Shown here: piece after piece, positions 19,301 through 29,227 of the stretch
Layout of the letters: each line of letters begins with the position of its first letter
Position numbering within the stretch: the stretch's first letter is position 1
Assembly: GCA_964658485.1 (NCBI GenBank)
Contig: CAZZYX010000006.1
Location: 419-64,418 of the forward strand
DNA: 64,000 nt
From: an uncultured Acetobacteraceae bacterium
GTDB taxonomy: Bacteria; Pseudomonadota; Alphaproteobacteria; Sphingomonadales; Sphingomonadaceae
Reading direction: 5' to 3'
Notes under the pieces: generated by a model
What the model was told of the DNA's origin: nothing
Database searches by the model: none
What the model saw: the letters and a program-made list of their open reading frames with translations, nothing else
Made by a program: the position numbers and the translations under genes

Positions 19301-19639
19301 ATGCACAATAATAACTCGCCATCCCCGGACACGCCCATCGCCGGCGAAACTCGCCTTACCCTGATCGAGGCGATCGCGCGCAAGCAGACCGTCGTCGCCC
19401 GCTACAACGGCAGCGACGTCAAGCTGGCGCCCCACTTGCTGTACGAACGACACGGCGACCTGTTCGTAGGGGCGCTGAACCTCACCAAAGCCTGGCGACC
19501 CGGCGACGAACCGCAACTGGGTCAGTATAAACTGGCTGGCCTGGCGGCGGCGAAATTGCTGGAAGAGACTTTTGATACGTTGCCGTCATTTACCGCCGCC
19601 GCACCACGGTCCGATGACACTCTGATCCTGGCGATATAA
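19301..19639 (+). CDS. Hypothetical protein (weakly WYL-domain-like)
   Basis: ORF 19259..19639, with ATG 19301 preferred. The pattern ..VVARYNGSDVKLAPHLLYERHGDLFVGAL..LGQYKLAGL..LLEETF loosely resembles the WYL fold signature. No firm family call. Confidence 0.4.
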   Translation: MHNNNSPSPDTPIAGETRLTLIEAIARKQTVVARYNGSDVKLAPHLLYERHGDLFVGALNLTKAWRPGDEPQLGQYKLAGLAAAKLLEETFDTLPSFTAAAPRSDDTLILAI

Positions 19640-19787
19640 CAATCGCTGGAGCAAATCGAACGGGGTGGCTGGTGTGCGGTATCGGTTGAAGGCCGCATGA
19701 TGGGCGTATGGAGCCGCATGGCCGGCGGCGCTAGCGAACGGATCGGCTTCACCTTGTGCGCCGACGCCTAGCCGGCCGGATACCGAC

Positions 19788-19807
19788 CTGACGCCCGCAA
19801 GCGTCAG
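19788..19807. terminator. 7-bp stem hairpin between convergent small genes
   Basis: CTGACGC-ccgcaa-GCGTCAG immediately 3' of the stop at 19810-19812. No U-tract. Confidence 0.3.
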
Positions 19808-19809
19808 CT

Positions 19810-20121
19810 TCAGCGCAGCAGGTCGCCCTTGTTTTGCGAAGAGGTCAGCTTACCATTGATATTGCTCAGGATAAGAGCAGGAATCGTGACTAGGCGACCT
19901 TCTATGATTAACTGCACCGAACCATCGGTATTGACGCGGTAGACCGGGGCAAGGCGCCTGCCATTGGCGCCATAGATCATCTTGCCTTCGAAAATCTTGA
20001 ACGGAGCCGGACCGTAGGCATGGGCAACACCGGCCCCCAGTTCATCGGCATGGGCGGCGAGTGGCACCAGCGAAAAGGCGGCCAAGCTGGCGAGCACAGC
20101 AAGAGAGGCAAACTTTATCAT
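19810..20121 (-). CDS. Small secreted hypothetical protein
   Basis: GGAGA RBS 6 nt before ATG 20121. Signal peptide MIKFASLAVLASLAAFSLVPLAAHA. Locally lower GC. Confidence 0.5.
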   Translation of the reverse strand: MIKFASLAVLASLAAFSLVPLAAHADELGAGVAHAYGPAPFKIFEGKMIYGANGRRLAPVYRVNTDGSVQLIIEGRLVTIPALILSNINGKLTSSQNKGDLLR

Positions 20122-20358
20122 CTGATGTCTCCAAACCGAAATAGCCAAATTGCACACCTATTATCAACCCGTTAAGCAATGCCTTTGTCCGGCGCAATTG
20201 CTTTTATTGCACATGCGAAGAGATGTTTCGCAACTGCAGCATATAGCGGTGGGATTTTCCGTTGCGATTTAGCTCATGCAGGTCGATCACAAGCTATTGC
20301 GGGCCTGCTTTTGTGCGTATCAGTTGGTACCGAACAGCGATCCTGCGGAAGGCGATAT

Positions 20359-21654
20359 GTGGACAGGTTGGCAGCAGCGCGGACGATCGTTGCCGAAATT
20401 GCCCGGCATCTTCAGGCAGATGCCGCCGTGGAGCTGTGGAATGGCGAGGTGCTCCCGCTCGGCCCCGATGCGCGCGACGATATTCGCATCCGCATTGGCT
20501 CACCCGCAGCAATCGGTCGGCTGATCCGCTCGCCGCGCCTGACAACGCTGGTCGAGGTCTATCTGTCCGGCGATCTCGACATAATCGGCGCCAGCCCGCT
20601 CGATGCGCTACAGCGCTGGGATCATCTGAAAGCCGTGGGGCTCAAACGATCGGTCAACCGCGCCCGGATCTTGCGGGCAGCGATACCCTTTCTGACCGCC
20701 CGCGCCCCGGTTGAGCATATGAGCTTTGCCGCGCGGGTGCGCCGGGTTGCCGGGCACGGTCGCGACGATCGGGGCATGATCCAGTTTCACTATGATGTCT
20801 CGAATGCGTTCTATGCGCTGTTCCTGGGCCGGGAAATGCAATACTCGGCGGCGGTCTTCACGCAATGGGACGGCGATCTCGATGCCGCACAGCATGCCAA
20901 GCTCGATCTCATATGCCGTAAACTGGCACTGGCGCCGGGCAAGCGGTTGCTCGATATCGGCTGCGGCTGGGGCGGGTTGGCCTGCCATGCGGCCCAGCAT
21001 TTCGGGGCGGATGTGCATGGCGTAACGCTCAGCCAGGCCCAGTTCGACGCCGCTACCGCGCTGGTCAGGCGGCGAAGGCTGGCCGATCGCGTGACGCTGG
21101 AACTGCGCGATTACCGGGAACTGGCGGAAACCGCGAGCTATGACGCGGTTTCGCAGATCGGCATGTTCGAGCACGTCGGTATCGACAATCACGACGCATT
21201 TTTCCGCAAGATCGCCACCTTGCTGGCACCGGGCGGACTCTATCTGCATCAGGCGACGACGCGCCGCGCCACTCGGGACCTGACCCGTTTTCGCAAGCGC
21301 ACCGCCTATATGGCGGTGATCAACCGCTGGATTTTCCCCGGCGGCGAACTCGATTATCTGGGCATGACCACTACCAACCTCGAACGCTGGGGCTTTGAGG
21401 TACGCCACATAGAATCAATGCGCGAGCATTATCACCTGACGTTGAAGGCATGGAGCGAACGGCTCTACGCGCGGCGCGAGGAAGCCATCGCCGAAGCCGG
21501 GCTGACCCGTACCCGGCTATGGCTGCTGTATTTTGCCCTGTCCTGTACGGGCTTCTGGCGCGGCGTGCTGTGCGATTTCCAGACGCTGGCCCAGAAAAAA
21601 GTCACCGGCCCATCGGGTTTGCCGCTGCGCCAACAGACCCTTCAGCTACCCTAA
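20359..21654 (+). CDS. Cyclopropane-fatty-acyl-phospholipid synthase family SAM-dependent methyltransferase
   Basis: ..HYDVSNAFYALFLGREMQYSAAVF.., SAM motif LLDIGCGWGGLA and ..MFEHVG.. The start is uncertain: GTG 20359 gives a family-typical length of about 431 aa, while the ORF track opens at 20179. Confidence 0.8.
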   Translation: MDRLAAARTIVAEIARHLQADAAVELWNGEVLPLGPDARDDIRIRIGSPAAIGRLIRSPRLTTLVEVYLSGDLDIIGASPLDALQRWDHLKAVGLKRSVNRARILRAAIPFLTARAPVEHMSFAARVRRVAGHGRDDRGMIQFHYDVSNAFYALFLGREMQYSAAVFTQWDGDLDAAQHAKLDLICRKLALAPGKRLLDIGCGWGGLACHAAQHFGADVHGVTLSQAQFDAATALVRRRRLADRVTLELRDYRELAETASYDAVSQIGMFEHVGIDNHDAFFRKIATLLAPGGLYLHQATTRRATRDLTRFRKRTAYMAVINRWIFPGGELDYLGMTTTNLERWGFEVRHIESMREHYHLTLKAWSERLYARREEAIAEAGLTRTRLWLLYFALSCTGFWRGVLCDFQTLAQKKVTGPSGLPLRQQTLQLP

Positions 21655-21756
21655 ATTCGGTCCCCATGCCCATGCCCGTGACGCAAGATCGCGACAGCCA
21701 CGGCCTGTTCAGGCATGGCCCTGTTCAGTCCCGCAATCCGTAGCTAGGCTTTCTCG

Positions 21757-22437
21757 ATGCCGATCCGTATCCCCGATGTCCTCGATGCTGACGAAATCGC
21801 CCAATGCCGGTCCGCGCTGGCCGGCGCCGGCTGGGTGGATGGCCGGAACACCGCCGGTCATCTGTCTGCCGCCGTCAAGCAGAATGCCCAATTGCACTGG
21901 CAGGACCCGGTAGCGGTGCGGCTGGGCGGCATGATCATCGCCCGGCTGGAGCAAAATCCGACGTTCCTGTCTGCCGCGCTGCCCCATGCGGTTTTGCCGC
22001 CGCTGTTCAATTGCTACACCGGCGGCGGTTTTTACGGGCCACATCTCGATGGCGCGATCCGTCCGGTGGATGGCAGCCCGCGCCGCATCCGCACCGACCT
22101 GTCGCTGACACTGGTGCTCAGCGACCCTGGGGACTATGACGGCGGCGAGCTGGTGATCGCGGATATGCTGGGCGAACGCAGCATCAAGCTGTCCGCCGGA
22201 GACGCTATCCTGTATCCCGCGACCAGCATTCACCACGTCACACCGGTCACCCGCGGGGCGCGGCTGGCCGCGTTCACCTGGGTCCAGAGCATGGTGCGCG
22301 ACAGCGGGGAGCGTCGGCAGCTGTTCGAACTCGACATCGCCATCCAGCAACTGCCGGACAGCGACGACATGGCCGCGAGCCGCCTGCGCCTGTCGAATAT
22401 CTACCACAACCTGCTGCGGCGCTGGGCGGAGTTGTAG
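21757..22437 (+). CDS. Fe(II)/2-oxoglutarate-dependent PKHD-type hydroxylase (PiuC/YbiX family)
   Basis: MPIRIPDVLDADE.. opening, ..GGFYGPHLDGAIR.. (HxD) and ..LYPATSIHHVTPVTRGARLAAFTWVQS.. are typical of PiuC. Confidence 0.85.
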   Translation: MPIRIPDVLDADEIAQCRSALAGAGWVDGRNTAGHLSAAVKQNAQLHWQDPVAVRLGGMIIARLEQNPTFLSAALPHAVLPPLFNCYTGGGFYGPHLDGAIRPVDGSPRRIRTDLSLTLVLSDPGDYDGGELVIADMLGERSIKLSAGDAILYPATSIHHVTPVTRGARLAAFTWVQSMVRDSGERRQLFELDIAIQQLPDSDDMAASRLRLSNIYHNLLRRWAEL

Positions 22438-22445
22438 CGGCTCGT

Positions 22446-24896
22446 TCAGAATTCCAGACGAAGACCCAGGTTGATGCCGTGCGATGAATACCCGGTGCGC
22501 AGCGTCCCCTGATAACCGACGAACAGCGATCCCGCATCCTCGAATACGAAGTTCACGCCGGCGTTGATGTCTTCCTCATGCCGGGCGGCAGGCACGCCGG
22601 TCACAGTGAACGTAGTGTCGGTGTTGCCGTCGAAATACGCCGACACCGTGGTCGCTGCGCTATTGCCGAGCTCCGACCGATACACCGCGCGGACATAGGG
22701 CCGCAGTTTGCCGCTCGAACGCGTCAGCGACAGGCCCGCCAGCACATCGGTGCGGTTGGCGCTGATCGGCAGTACCGTCAGTGCGGCGGCGCCATCGCCG
22801 GTTTCGGTGAAGCCATTGACCTTGCCACGCATGAAATCGATACCGCCGAATGGCTCGAAGGTATAGCCGGCGGCATGCAGCATGAAGCCGGCGGTACCGA
22901 CGGCCTTGAACAGATGCTCGCCGGCTTTACCCGTGGCGGTATCGGTGGCCGCGCCCACGGTCAGGGTCCGGGTCGTGCTCAGATGGCCGAAATTATACGC
23001 CAGCTGCCCGGTCAGATGGATTGGCCCGGCTTTGTAGCCGCCATAGCCGGCAATGGCGAAATCGCGATTCTTGCCTTTGAGCGTGCTATTCAAATTATGA
23101 AGCGAATCGAACGAAACGTTGCCGGCAATGCCGAATACGTGATGCGGCCCGCTCAGGTCATAACCGAGATTGAACCCGAACATTGTCTGCTTGGAAGAAT
23201 CGGTGGTCGCCTTGGACACATCGGCCTGGCCGTTAGCGGACCCCCACCAGCCGTCTTCGGCATGATCGCTGTTCTGGTCGTCCATGCGCAGCCAGATCGC
23301 GCGCTCGAAATTGTTGGCCTCGTCCCGCAGCGCATTGGCATAGCTGAGCAGGCCGGCGGGCGACATCTGGTCGAACAACGTCGTCGCCTGTGCCACCGTC
23401 AACTGGTCGATCTCATTGATCAGTGTCGATTCATTGGTGGTGGAAGTGCTCCCGGCGGCGTCGGCAATTTTCACGATCGGGTTGAGCGCAGTGGCAACCG
23501 CCAGCTGGTTTGGCGTACCCGCACCCGCCGCCTGGATATCCGTGGCATAGGTGCCGACGCGCGACACCGTGAATTCATAGGCCTGCTGAGTGCCGCTGAG
23601 CGTTACCTTAGAACCGTTGCCGAAGGTGATGAATACCAATTTGTCGCCATTGGCGTTGGTGACGTTCACCGTATCGAAACTGCCGGTGATGCCATTATCG
23701 GCCAGGACAAAATCATATTTGGAGCCGACCAGGACAGACGTGCCCGTCTCGACATTGACGTTCAAGGTGCCGGAAATGGTGGCGGTGCCGCCAACCGCAT
23801 CGATCTGGCTGTAGGGCTGGCTCGAGTTGCTGGTGCTCACGGTGGTAGAGCCGTTGGGCACGACAAATACGTTCAGGGTACCTGTGGAGCTTTGCGTGAA
23901 CGAACCGTTGATCGTCACCAGCGCCGGCGCGGAACTGCTGCCAAGCGTCAGATAGCCGTTATTGATGAGACTGCTAGAGGTGGTACCAGCGCTGCCAAGC
24001 TTGGTTCCGTTTCCGAGCGCCATGGCATAGACGACGCTGGCGGCATTTTCACCGGTGGCATCGTTGGTCACCGTGGTGGCGTCGGCGGTCACGATCGTGC
24101 CGCTGAAATTGGCTTTCTTGCCGTTTTCAAATACGACCGTTGAAGCGGCCGACCCGACCGGGTCGAAAGCGCTTTGCGTCAGTGAACCGGTCCAGGCGCC
24201 CTCATTGTCGATAGTGATATTGCCGGAACCAGTGACATTGCCGGTAAGCCCATAGGTCGCTGTCGAGGTGGCCGTGGTGGTGGTATTGAAATCGTTGATG
24301 AAAGTTCCGCGGCTCGTGCCGGAATTGTTGCCGAACTCAATATTACCGGTCACCGCCGTCGGCGCCGTCGCGCCGTTGATGAAGGTGCCGTTGGTGCTGG
24401 CATTGCTGGAGGCGGTGCTGGCAGCAAAGCTCACCGCCGGCGTTGACGACGTGGCCGTCAGCGTGCCGTTGTTGGTGACCGTGCTGTTCATGCCGACCTG
24501 GATCGCTGCCGCGCCGGAGGTGCTGCTGCTCGCGGTAATCGTGCCGTTGTTGACGATTGTCGCGTTATCGCCGTACTGCACCGTGGCAACCGCGTTCGTC
24601 CCCTCGATCTGGCCGCCGCTGGCGACAGTGAGGCTACCGCTCGACCCGATCACCAGCGGTGCCGTGACGACCGCGGTAGAATCGGCGGTTACCTTCAAAC
24701 CGGAATTCGTGTTGCTATAGCTGGCCGAGTCGCCGTCGCAGGTTACCGTGCTGTTGGCAGCCGCGCCCGCCGGCGTGCAATCCGCCCAGGCGGTGACGGG
24801 CAGGATCGCCGCCGATGAGATGATCAGGGCCGCTCGGACAGGGCGCTGGAACGCGCTGCGGCGCAGACGCGATGACTGCGCAAAGACATTACTCAT
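22446..24896 (-). CDS. Autotransporter (type Va) with T/S/G/N-rich repetitive passenger and C-terminal beta-barrel
   Basis: Signal peptide region, long G-T-x-x-N-x-G-T-I/L-T style repeats, and a C-terminal ~270 aa beta-domain ending ..GINLGLRLEF. Confidence 0.85.
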   Translation of the reverse strand: MSNVFAQSSRLRRSAFQRPVRAALIISSAAILPVTAWADCTPAGAAANSTVTCDGDSASYSNTNSGLKVTADSTAVVTAPLVIGSSGSLTVASGGQIEGTNAVATVQYGDNATIVNNGTITASSSTSGAAAIQVGMNSTVTNNGTLTATSSTPAVSFAASTASSNASTNGTFINGATAPTAVTGNIEFGNNSGTSRGTFINDFNTTTTATSTATYGLTGNVTGSGNITIDNEGAWTGSLTQSAFDPVGSAASTVVFENGKKANFSGTIVTADATTVTNDATGENAASVVYAMALGNGTKLGSAGTTSSSLINNGYLTLGSSSAPALVTINGSFTQSSTGTLNVFVVPNGSTTVSTSNSSQPYSQIDAVGGTATISGTLNVNVETGTSVLVGSKYDFVLADNGITGSFDTVNVTNANGDKLVFITFGNGSKVTLSGTQQAYEFTVSRVGTYATDIQAAGAGTPNQLAVATALNPIVKIADAAGSTSTTNESTLINEIDQLTVAQATTLFDQMSPAGLLSYANALRDEANNFERAIWLRMDDQNSDHAEDGWWGSANGQADVSKATTDSSKQTMFGFNLGYDLSGPHHVFGIAGNVSFDSLHNLNSTLKGKNRDFAIAGYGGYKAGPIHLTGQLAYNFGHLSTTRTLTVGAATDTATGKAGEHLFKAVGTAGFMLHAAGYTFEPFGGIDFMRGKVNGFTETGDGAAALTVLPISANRTDVLAGLSLTRSSGKLRPYVRAVYRSELGNSAATTVSAYFDGNTDTTFTVTGVPAARHEEDINAGVNFVFEDAGSLFVGYQGTLRTGYSSHGINLGLRLEF

Positions 24897-25043
24897 GGAC
24901 TAGCCATCCTCAAAAACCGGTCTGTACCCCGGTCGTGCGAGTGACGCCGGGGAGGTGAACGGCAGATGAACAAAGGGCGATTTTGCGACCAACTCCCTGC
25001 TTCGGCGATTTGATATGCACTGCCTGGCTATTGCGCGCTGATC

Positions 25044-25062
25044 GATTTTGACAATCATTTTT
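25044..25062. promoter_or_regulatory. Fur-box-like sequence upstream of dps
   Basis: GATTTTGACAATCATTTTT matches 14 of 19 positions of the classical GATAATGATAATCATTATC box. It lies 73 nt before the dps ATG. Confidence 0.25.
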
Positions 25063-25134
25063 AGCGCTTATTAGCGATAGGCTGATTTGAACCGCGCTCG
25101 TACAAGCGCTGCACGGTATTTAAGGAGCAAACCG

Positions 25135-25587
25135 ATGGGTGACAACAGCAAGGCTGCATTGGTCGACAGCCTGAACGGGCTTTTGGCCGATCTCTTCACG
25201 CTTTACGTGAAGACCAAGAATTTCCACTGGCACGTGGCCGGCCCGCATTTCCACGACCTGCATCTGCTGTTCGACCAGCAGGGCACCGAGATTTTCGCGC
25301 TGACCGATATCGTCGCCGAACGCGTGCGCAAGAACGGCGCTCCCACGCTGACCTCGATCGGCGCGATCGCGGAAAAATCCCGCATCACCGGGGAAGACCG
25401 CACCAACATCGACGCCATGGCGATGGTGCGCGAATTGAAGAAAGACAACGCCACGCTGGTCGAATCGATCCGCGAAGCCAAGGCCGCGGCCACGCAAGCC
25501 GGCGACAACGCCACCGAAGGCATGGCGGATGACTGGACCGATCAGGCCGAACGCCGTGTCTGGTTCCTGGGCCAGGTCTCGAAATAG
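25135..25587 (+). CDS. dps: Dps-family DNA starvation/stationary-phase protection protein
   Basis: AAGGAG RBS before ATG 25135. ..LLADLFTLYVKTKNFHWHVAGPHFHDLHLLFDQQ.. is the Dps ferroxidase-centre signature. Confidence 0.9.
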   Translation: MGDNSKAALVDSLNGLLADLFTLYVKTKNFHWHVAGPHFHDLHLLFDQQGTEIFALTDIVAERVRKNGAPTLTSIGAIAEKSRITGEDRTNIDAMAMVRELKKDNATLVESIREAKAAATQAGDNATEGMADDWTDQAERRVWFLGQVSK

Positions 25588-25601
25588 GCGGTATAGGCAC
25601 G

Positions 25602-26222
25602 ATGGCGGCTGTAAATCTCATCGCCGATGCGAGTGACAGCGCCATCGCCCGGTGGCTGCATAGCCGGCTGGGCGGCGCGCTGGACCGCACCCCGGGTACT
25701 ATCGCCATCACGATCCCCGGCGGTTCGACGCCGTTCCCGATCCTGGCCGAACTGGCGCACACCAATCTCGACTTCTCCCGGATCGTGGTATGGCCCGGCG
25801 ACGACCGCATCGTTGCCGAAGACCATCCCGCCAGCAATGTCGGGCGGATCCGCAGCCTGCTGGAACCTGTGGGCGCGCAGATCGTGCCACTGCGCGAAGG
25901 AGCGGTTCCGCCGCATTTCGTGTTGGCGTGGCTGGGCATGGGCGGCGACGGCCACATCGCCTCGCTGTTTCCGAATACCGATCCGCGCGCCGACGATCCC
26001 CTGCCGATGCGCCGCCTGACCCCCGACCCGCTCCCGCCCGAGGCGCCATTCGACCGCATTTCGCTGACCATCCCGGCGCTGGTCGACAGCGATGAGTTGC
26101 TGTTCGTGATCCGCGGCGACGAAAAGCGGGCGATTTTCGAAGCCGCCGCACAACGCGCCAACGACCTGCCCATCGCCCGGCTGCTCGATGCCGCGCGGTC
26201 GCCGGTGACATGCTTCAGCTGA
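25602..26222 (+). CDS. pgl: 6-phosphogluconolactonase
   Basis: ..IPGGSTPF.., ..DDRIV..HPASN.. and ..LGMGGDGHIASLFP.. motifs of the Pgl/DevB family. Confidence 0.8.
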   Translation: MAAVNLIADASDSAIARWLHSRLGGALDRTPGTIAITIPGGSTPFPILAELAHTNLDFSRIVVWPGDDRIVAEDHPASNVGRIRSLLEPVGAQIVPLREGAVPPHFVLAWLGMGGDGHIASLFPNTDPRADDPLPMRRLTPDPLPPEAPFDRISLTIPALVDSDELLFVIRGDEKRAIFEAAAQRANDLPIARLLDAARSPVTCFS

Positions 26223-26698
26223 TCGCGAGCCGTCTACCCGCGCCGCTGCATCGCCTGGTCCTGCGTCTGGCGCACTACATCCGCATGCGCTGGTGGCGGT
26301 ATCGCCGGCTGCCCGTGGTCGGTTGCCGGGTGGTCGCGGTCAATTCCCTGGGCGAAGTGCTGCTGGTCCGCCATTCCTATGGTTCGCGGCACTGGATGTT
26401 GCCCGGCGGCGGCGTGGCGCCAGGTGAAATGCCGATCGCGGCGGCTATACGCGAACTGGCGGAGGAAACGGCCTGCACGCTCATCGGCCCGATCGAGGTG
26501 TCGGTCATCCGCCATGACTGGCAGGGGGTCAGCAACGTCGTTCACGTCATCGCCGGGCGGACCGGCGATACACCGCGACCCGATGGCCGCGAAATCGTCG
26601 CCACGCGGTGCTTTGCGCTTACCGCCCTGCCGGTGGATATCGGGGAAAGCCTGGCGGAAAACCTGTCCGCATGGGTGAGCCTGGTCGGCTCAGAATAG
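26210..26698 (+). CDS. NUDIX hydrolase
   Basis: Nudix box GGGVAPGEMPIAAAIRELAEETA. Overlaps the pgl 3' end by 13 nt. Confidence 0.75.
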   Translation: MLQLIASRLPAPLHRLVLRLAHYIRMRWWRYRRLPVVGCRVVAVNSLGEVLLVRHSYGSRHWMLPGGGVAPGEMPIAAAIRELAEETACTLIGPIEVSVIRHDWQGVSNVVHVIAGRTGDTPRPDGREIVATRCFALTALPVDIGESLAENLSAWVSLVGSE

Positions 26699-27811
26699 CG
26701 CCAGTTGCCCGGTGGCCTCGCCAGCGGCAGGCAGCGGCTCATCCGCCAGTGCCGATAAGGTCAGGCCCATCAGCCGCACCGGCAGCGGCAAGGGCAGGAC
26801 ATCTGCCAGGATAGCATGTGCCACGCCTGAAAACTCATCGCGATCGGCTACCGGCTCAGCCAGCGACCGCGCCCTGGTATGCAGCGTAAAGTCGGAAAAG
26901 CGCAGCTTCAGCGTGACCGTGCGCCCTCTGGTGCCGGCGGCTTCGATCCGCGTCCAGACGATCTCGATGATATTTTCCAGCGCCTCGCGCAGCCCCGTCC
27001 CCGTGGCAATGTCGCGATCGAAGGTCCGTTCGCCGCCCAGCGACTTGCGTGCGCGATCGGCAGACACCGGACGCAGGTCGATGCCGCGCACCGCCCGGTA
27101 GAGATAATCCGCCTGCGCCCCGAAATGCAGGCGCAGAAAAGCGATGTCCTTCTCGCGCAGGTCGGCACCGGTGGCGATCCCCAGCCTGGCCATCTTGTCG
27201 GCGCCGCGCGGTCCGACGCCATGAAATCGCCGCACCGGCAACGCCGCGACGAAAGCGGTGCCCTCGCCCGGACGGATGATGCAGATGCCATCGGGCTTGT
27301 TCTGGTCGCTGGCGAGCTTGGCCAGAAACTTGTTGTAGGACACCCCGGCGCTGGCGGTCAGCCCGGTTTCGGCCCGGATGCGGGCACGGATCAGTTCGGC
27401 GATATGCGTTGCCGACCCGATCCCGCGCAAATCCTGCGATACGTCGAGATAGGCCTCATCCAGTGACAGCGGCTCGACGGCATCGGTGAATTCATGGAAA
27501 ATGGCGCGGATCTGGCTCGAAACCTCGCGATAGGCGGCGAAACGCGGTGGCCGGAACACCAGTTGCGGGCACAGCCGCGCCGCCTGGACCGAAGGCATCG
27601 CCGACCGCACGCCAAACCGCCGCGCCTCGTAACTGGCCGCCGCCACCACGCCGCGTTCCTTCGACCCGCCCACCGCCAGCGGCAACCCGCGCAGCGCCGG
27701 ATCGTCGCGTTGCTCCACGCTGGCATAGAACGCGTCCATGTCGATATGGATGATCTTGCGCAGCCCCGTGGGCACGTCGTCGGGATCGCTGGATGGTCGG
27801 ATATCGGTCAT
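26690..27811 (-). CDS. dinB: DNA polymerase IV (Y-family)
   Basis: ..KIIHIDMDAFYASVEQRDDPALRG.PLAVGG.. and ..SIDEAYLDV.. canonical DinB motifs. Confidence 0.9.
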   Translation of the reverse strand: MTDIRPSSDPDDVPTGLRKIIHIDMDAFYASVEQRDDPALRGLPLAVGGSKERGVVAAASYEARRFGVRSAMPSVQAARLCPQLVFRPPRFAAYREVSSQIRAIFHEFTDAVEPLSLDEAYLDVSQDLRGIGSATHIAELIRARIRAETGLTASAGVSYNKFLAKLASDQNKPDGICIIRPGEGTAFVAALPVRRFHGVGPRGADKMARLGIATGADLREKDIAFLRLHFGAQADYLYRAVRGIDLRPVSADRARKSLGGERTFDRDIATGTGLREALENIIEIVWTRIEAAGTRGRTVTLKLRFSDFTLHTRARSLAEPVADRDEFSGVAHAILADVLPLPLPVRLMGLTLSALADEPLPAAGEATGQLALF

Positions 27812-27886
27812 GAGGACTTGGCTTGATCTACTCCACCCGCCAGAAATAGTGACATGATCCTCTGGCCTTTGCCACCCACATTGGCC

Positions 27887-29176
27887 ATGAGCGTGGCAAT
27901 GACTTTCCTCTCCTCTTCTCCGCTAGCCGAATCCTCCGCTCCACCGCAGAGCCGGACTATCGGACCGCGCGAATTCGTCGGGCTGATGGCAATGTTGCAG
28001 GCGTTGCAGGCGCTGGCAATCGACGCAATGCTGCCGGCGCTCGCGCGGATATCGCATGACCTGGGTGCGACCTCCGACAATCAGCGGCAGCTTGTGGTGG
28101 GATTGTTCCTGGTCTTTGCCGGGGCCGGTTCGCTGGTGCCGGGCTCGCTGGCGGATCGCTTCGGGCGGCGACCGGTGGTGATCGGCTGCGTTGCCGGCTA
28201 TATCGTGCTGACCATCGCCTCGGCGCTGGTCACGTCGTTCAATGCGCTGCTGGTGACGCGGGCGCTGCTTGGGCTGGCTTCCGCCGGGTTGGCGGTGCTG
28301 CCGCCCGCGATCATTCGCGACCGCTATGAGGGCGACCGCATGGCGCGGCTGCAATCTTCGATCCTGATGGTATTCATGATCGTGCCGATGATCGCGCCAA
28401 CGCTGGGCCAGGCGGTATTCCTGATTGCCGGCTGGCGCTGGATTTTCGGGATGATGGCCGCATTGGGCCTGATCGTACTGGTCTGGACGTGGCTGCGATT
28501 GCCGGAAACGCTCCACCCCGGTCACCGCCAGCTGGTTCATTCCGCCGCGATCATAAGCACCATGCGGCGGATCGTAACCACCCGCAGCGCCATCGGCTAT
28601 GTGCTGGGCATGGCGGTCGTCCAGGGCGGGCTGTTCGGCTATGTCAACTGCGCGCAGCAGCTGGTGGCAGAGCATTTCGGCGCCGGAACTCGTTTTCCCG
28701 CGATCTTCGGAGGCATGGCGCTGATGATGGCCACCACCGCCTTCATCAATTCCCGCATCGTCGAGCGGTTCGGCGCGCGGCGGGTGTCGCATGCGGCATT
28801 GATCGCCTACCTCTGCGCCAGCATGGCCCAGTTGCTGCTCGCCAGCAGCGGCAGTGAAACGCTGTGGAGCTTTATCCCGCTGATGACCGTGAACTTGTGC
28901 CTGATGGGTTTCATCGGCGCCAATTTCGGCTCGATCGCGATGCAGCCGTTTGCCAGGACGGCGGGTGCGGCCGCATCGACGCAGGCGTTCATCCGAACGG
29001 TGCTGGCTGCTGTCCTGGGATCGTTGATCGGGCAGGCTTATGATGGCACCGCTCGTCCGCTGGCGGTCGCGTTGCTGGGTGCGGGCACGGTCGCGCTGAT
29101 CGTGGTATTGTTCAGTGAGCGGGGACGATTGTTTCGGCGGCTGCATCCGCCGGGCGCCGCCACGGCGGGGGATTGA
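27887..29176 (+). CDS. MFS transporter, Bcr/CflA drug-resistance subfamily
   Basis: 12-TM profile with ..LAIDAMLPALARI.. and ..GSLADRFGRRPV.. motifs. Start could be ATG 27887 or 27899; the ORF track opens at 27854. Confidence 0.8.
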   Translation: MSVAMTFLSSSPLAESSAPPQSRTIGPREFVGLMAMLQALQALAIDAMLPALARISHDLGATSDNQRQLVVGLFLVFAGAGSLVPGSLADRFGRRPVVIGCVAGYIVLTIASALVTSFNALLVTRALLGLASAGLAVLPPAIIRDRYEGDRMARLQSSILMVFMIVPMIAPTLGQAVFLIAGWRWIFGMMAALGLIVLVWTWLRLPETLHPGHRQLVHSAAIISTMRRIVTTRSAIGYVLGMAVVQGGLFGYVNCAQQLVAEHFGAGTRFPAIFGGMALMMATTAFINSRIVERFGARRVSHAALIAYLCASMAQLLLASSGSETLWSFIPLMTVNLCLMGFIGANFGSIAMQPFARTAGAAASTQAFIRTVLAAVLGSLIGQAYDGTARPLAVALLGAGTVALIVVLFSERGRLFRRLHPPGAATAGD

Positions 29177-29227
29177 CCATCCGCTCCGGCGGCCGCGGGT
29201 ATCGGCACCTCGGCATCGTCAGGTGGG

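Noticed and set aside
22578-24143. 521-aa plus-strand ORF opposite the autotransporter
   Set aside because: It is antisense to the repetitive passenger domain. Its composition (G/R/A-rich) reflects the complement of Thr/Ala/Gly codons.
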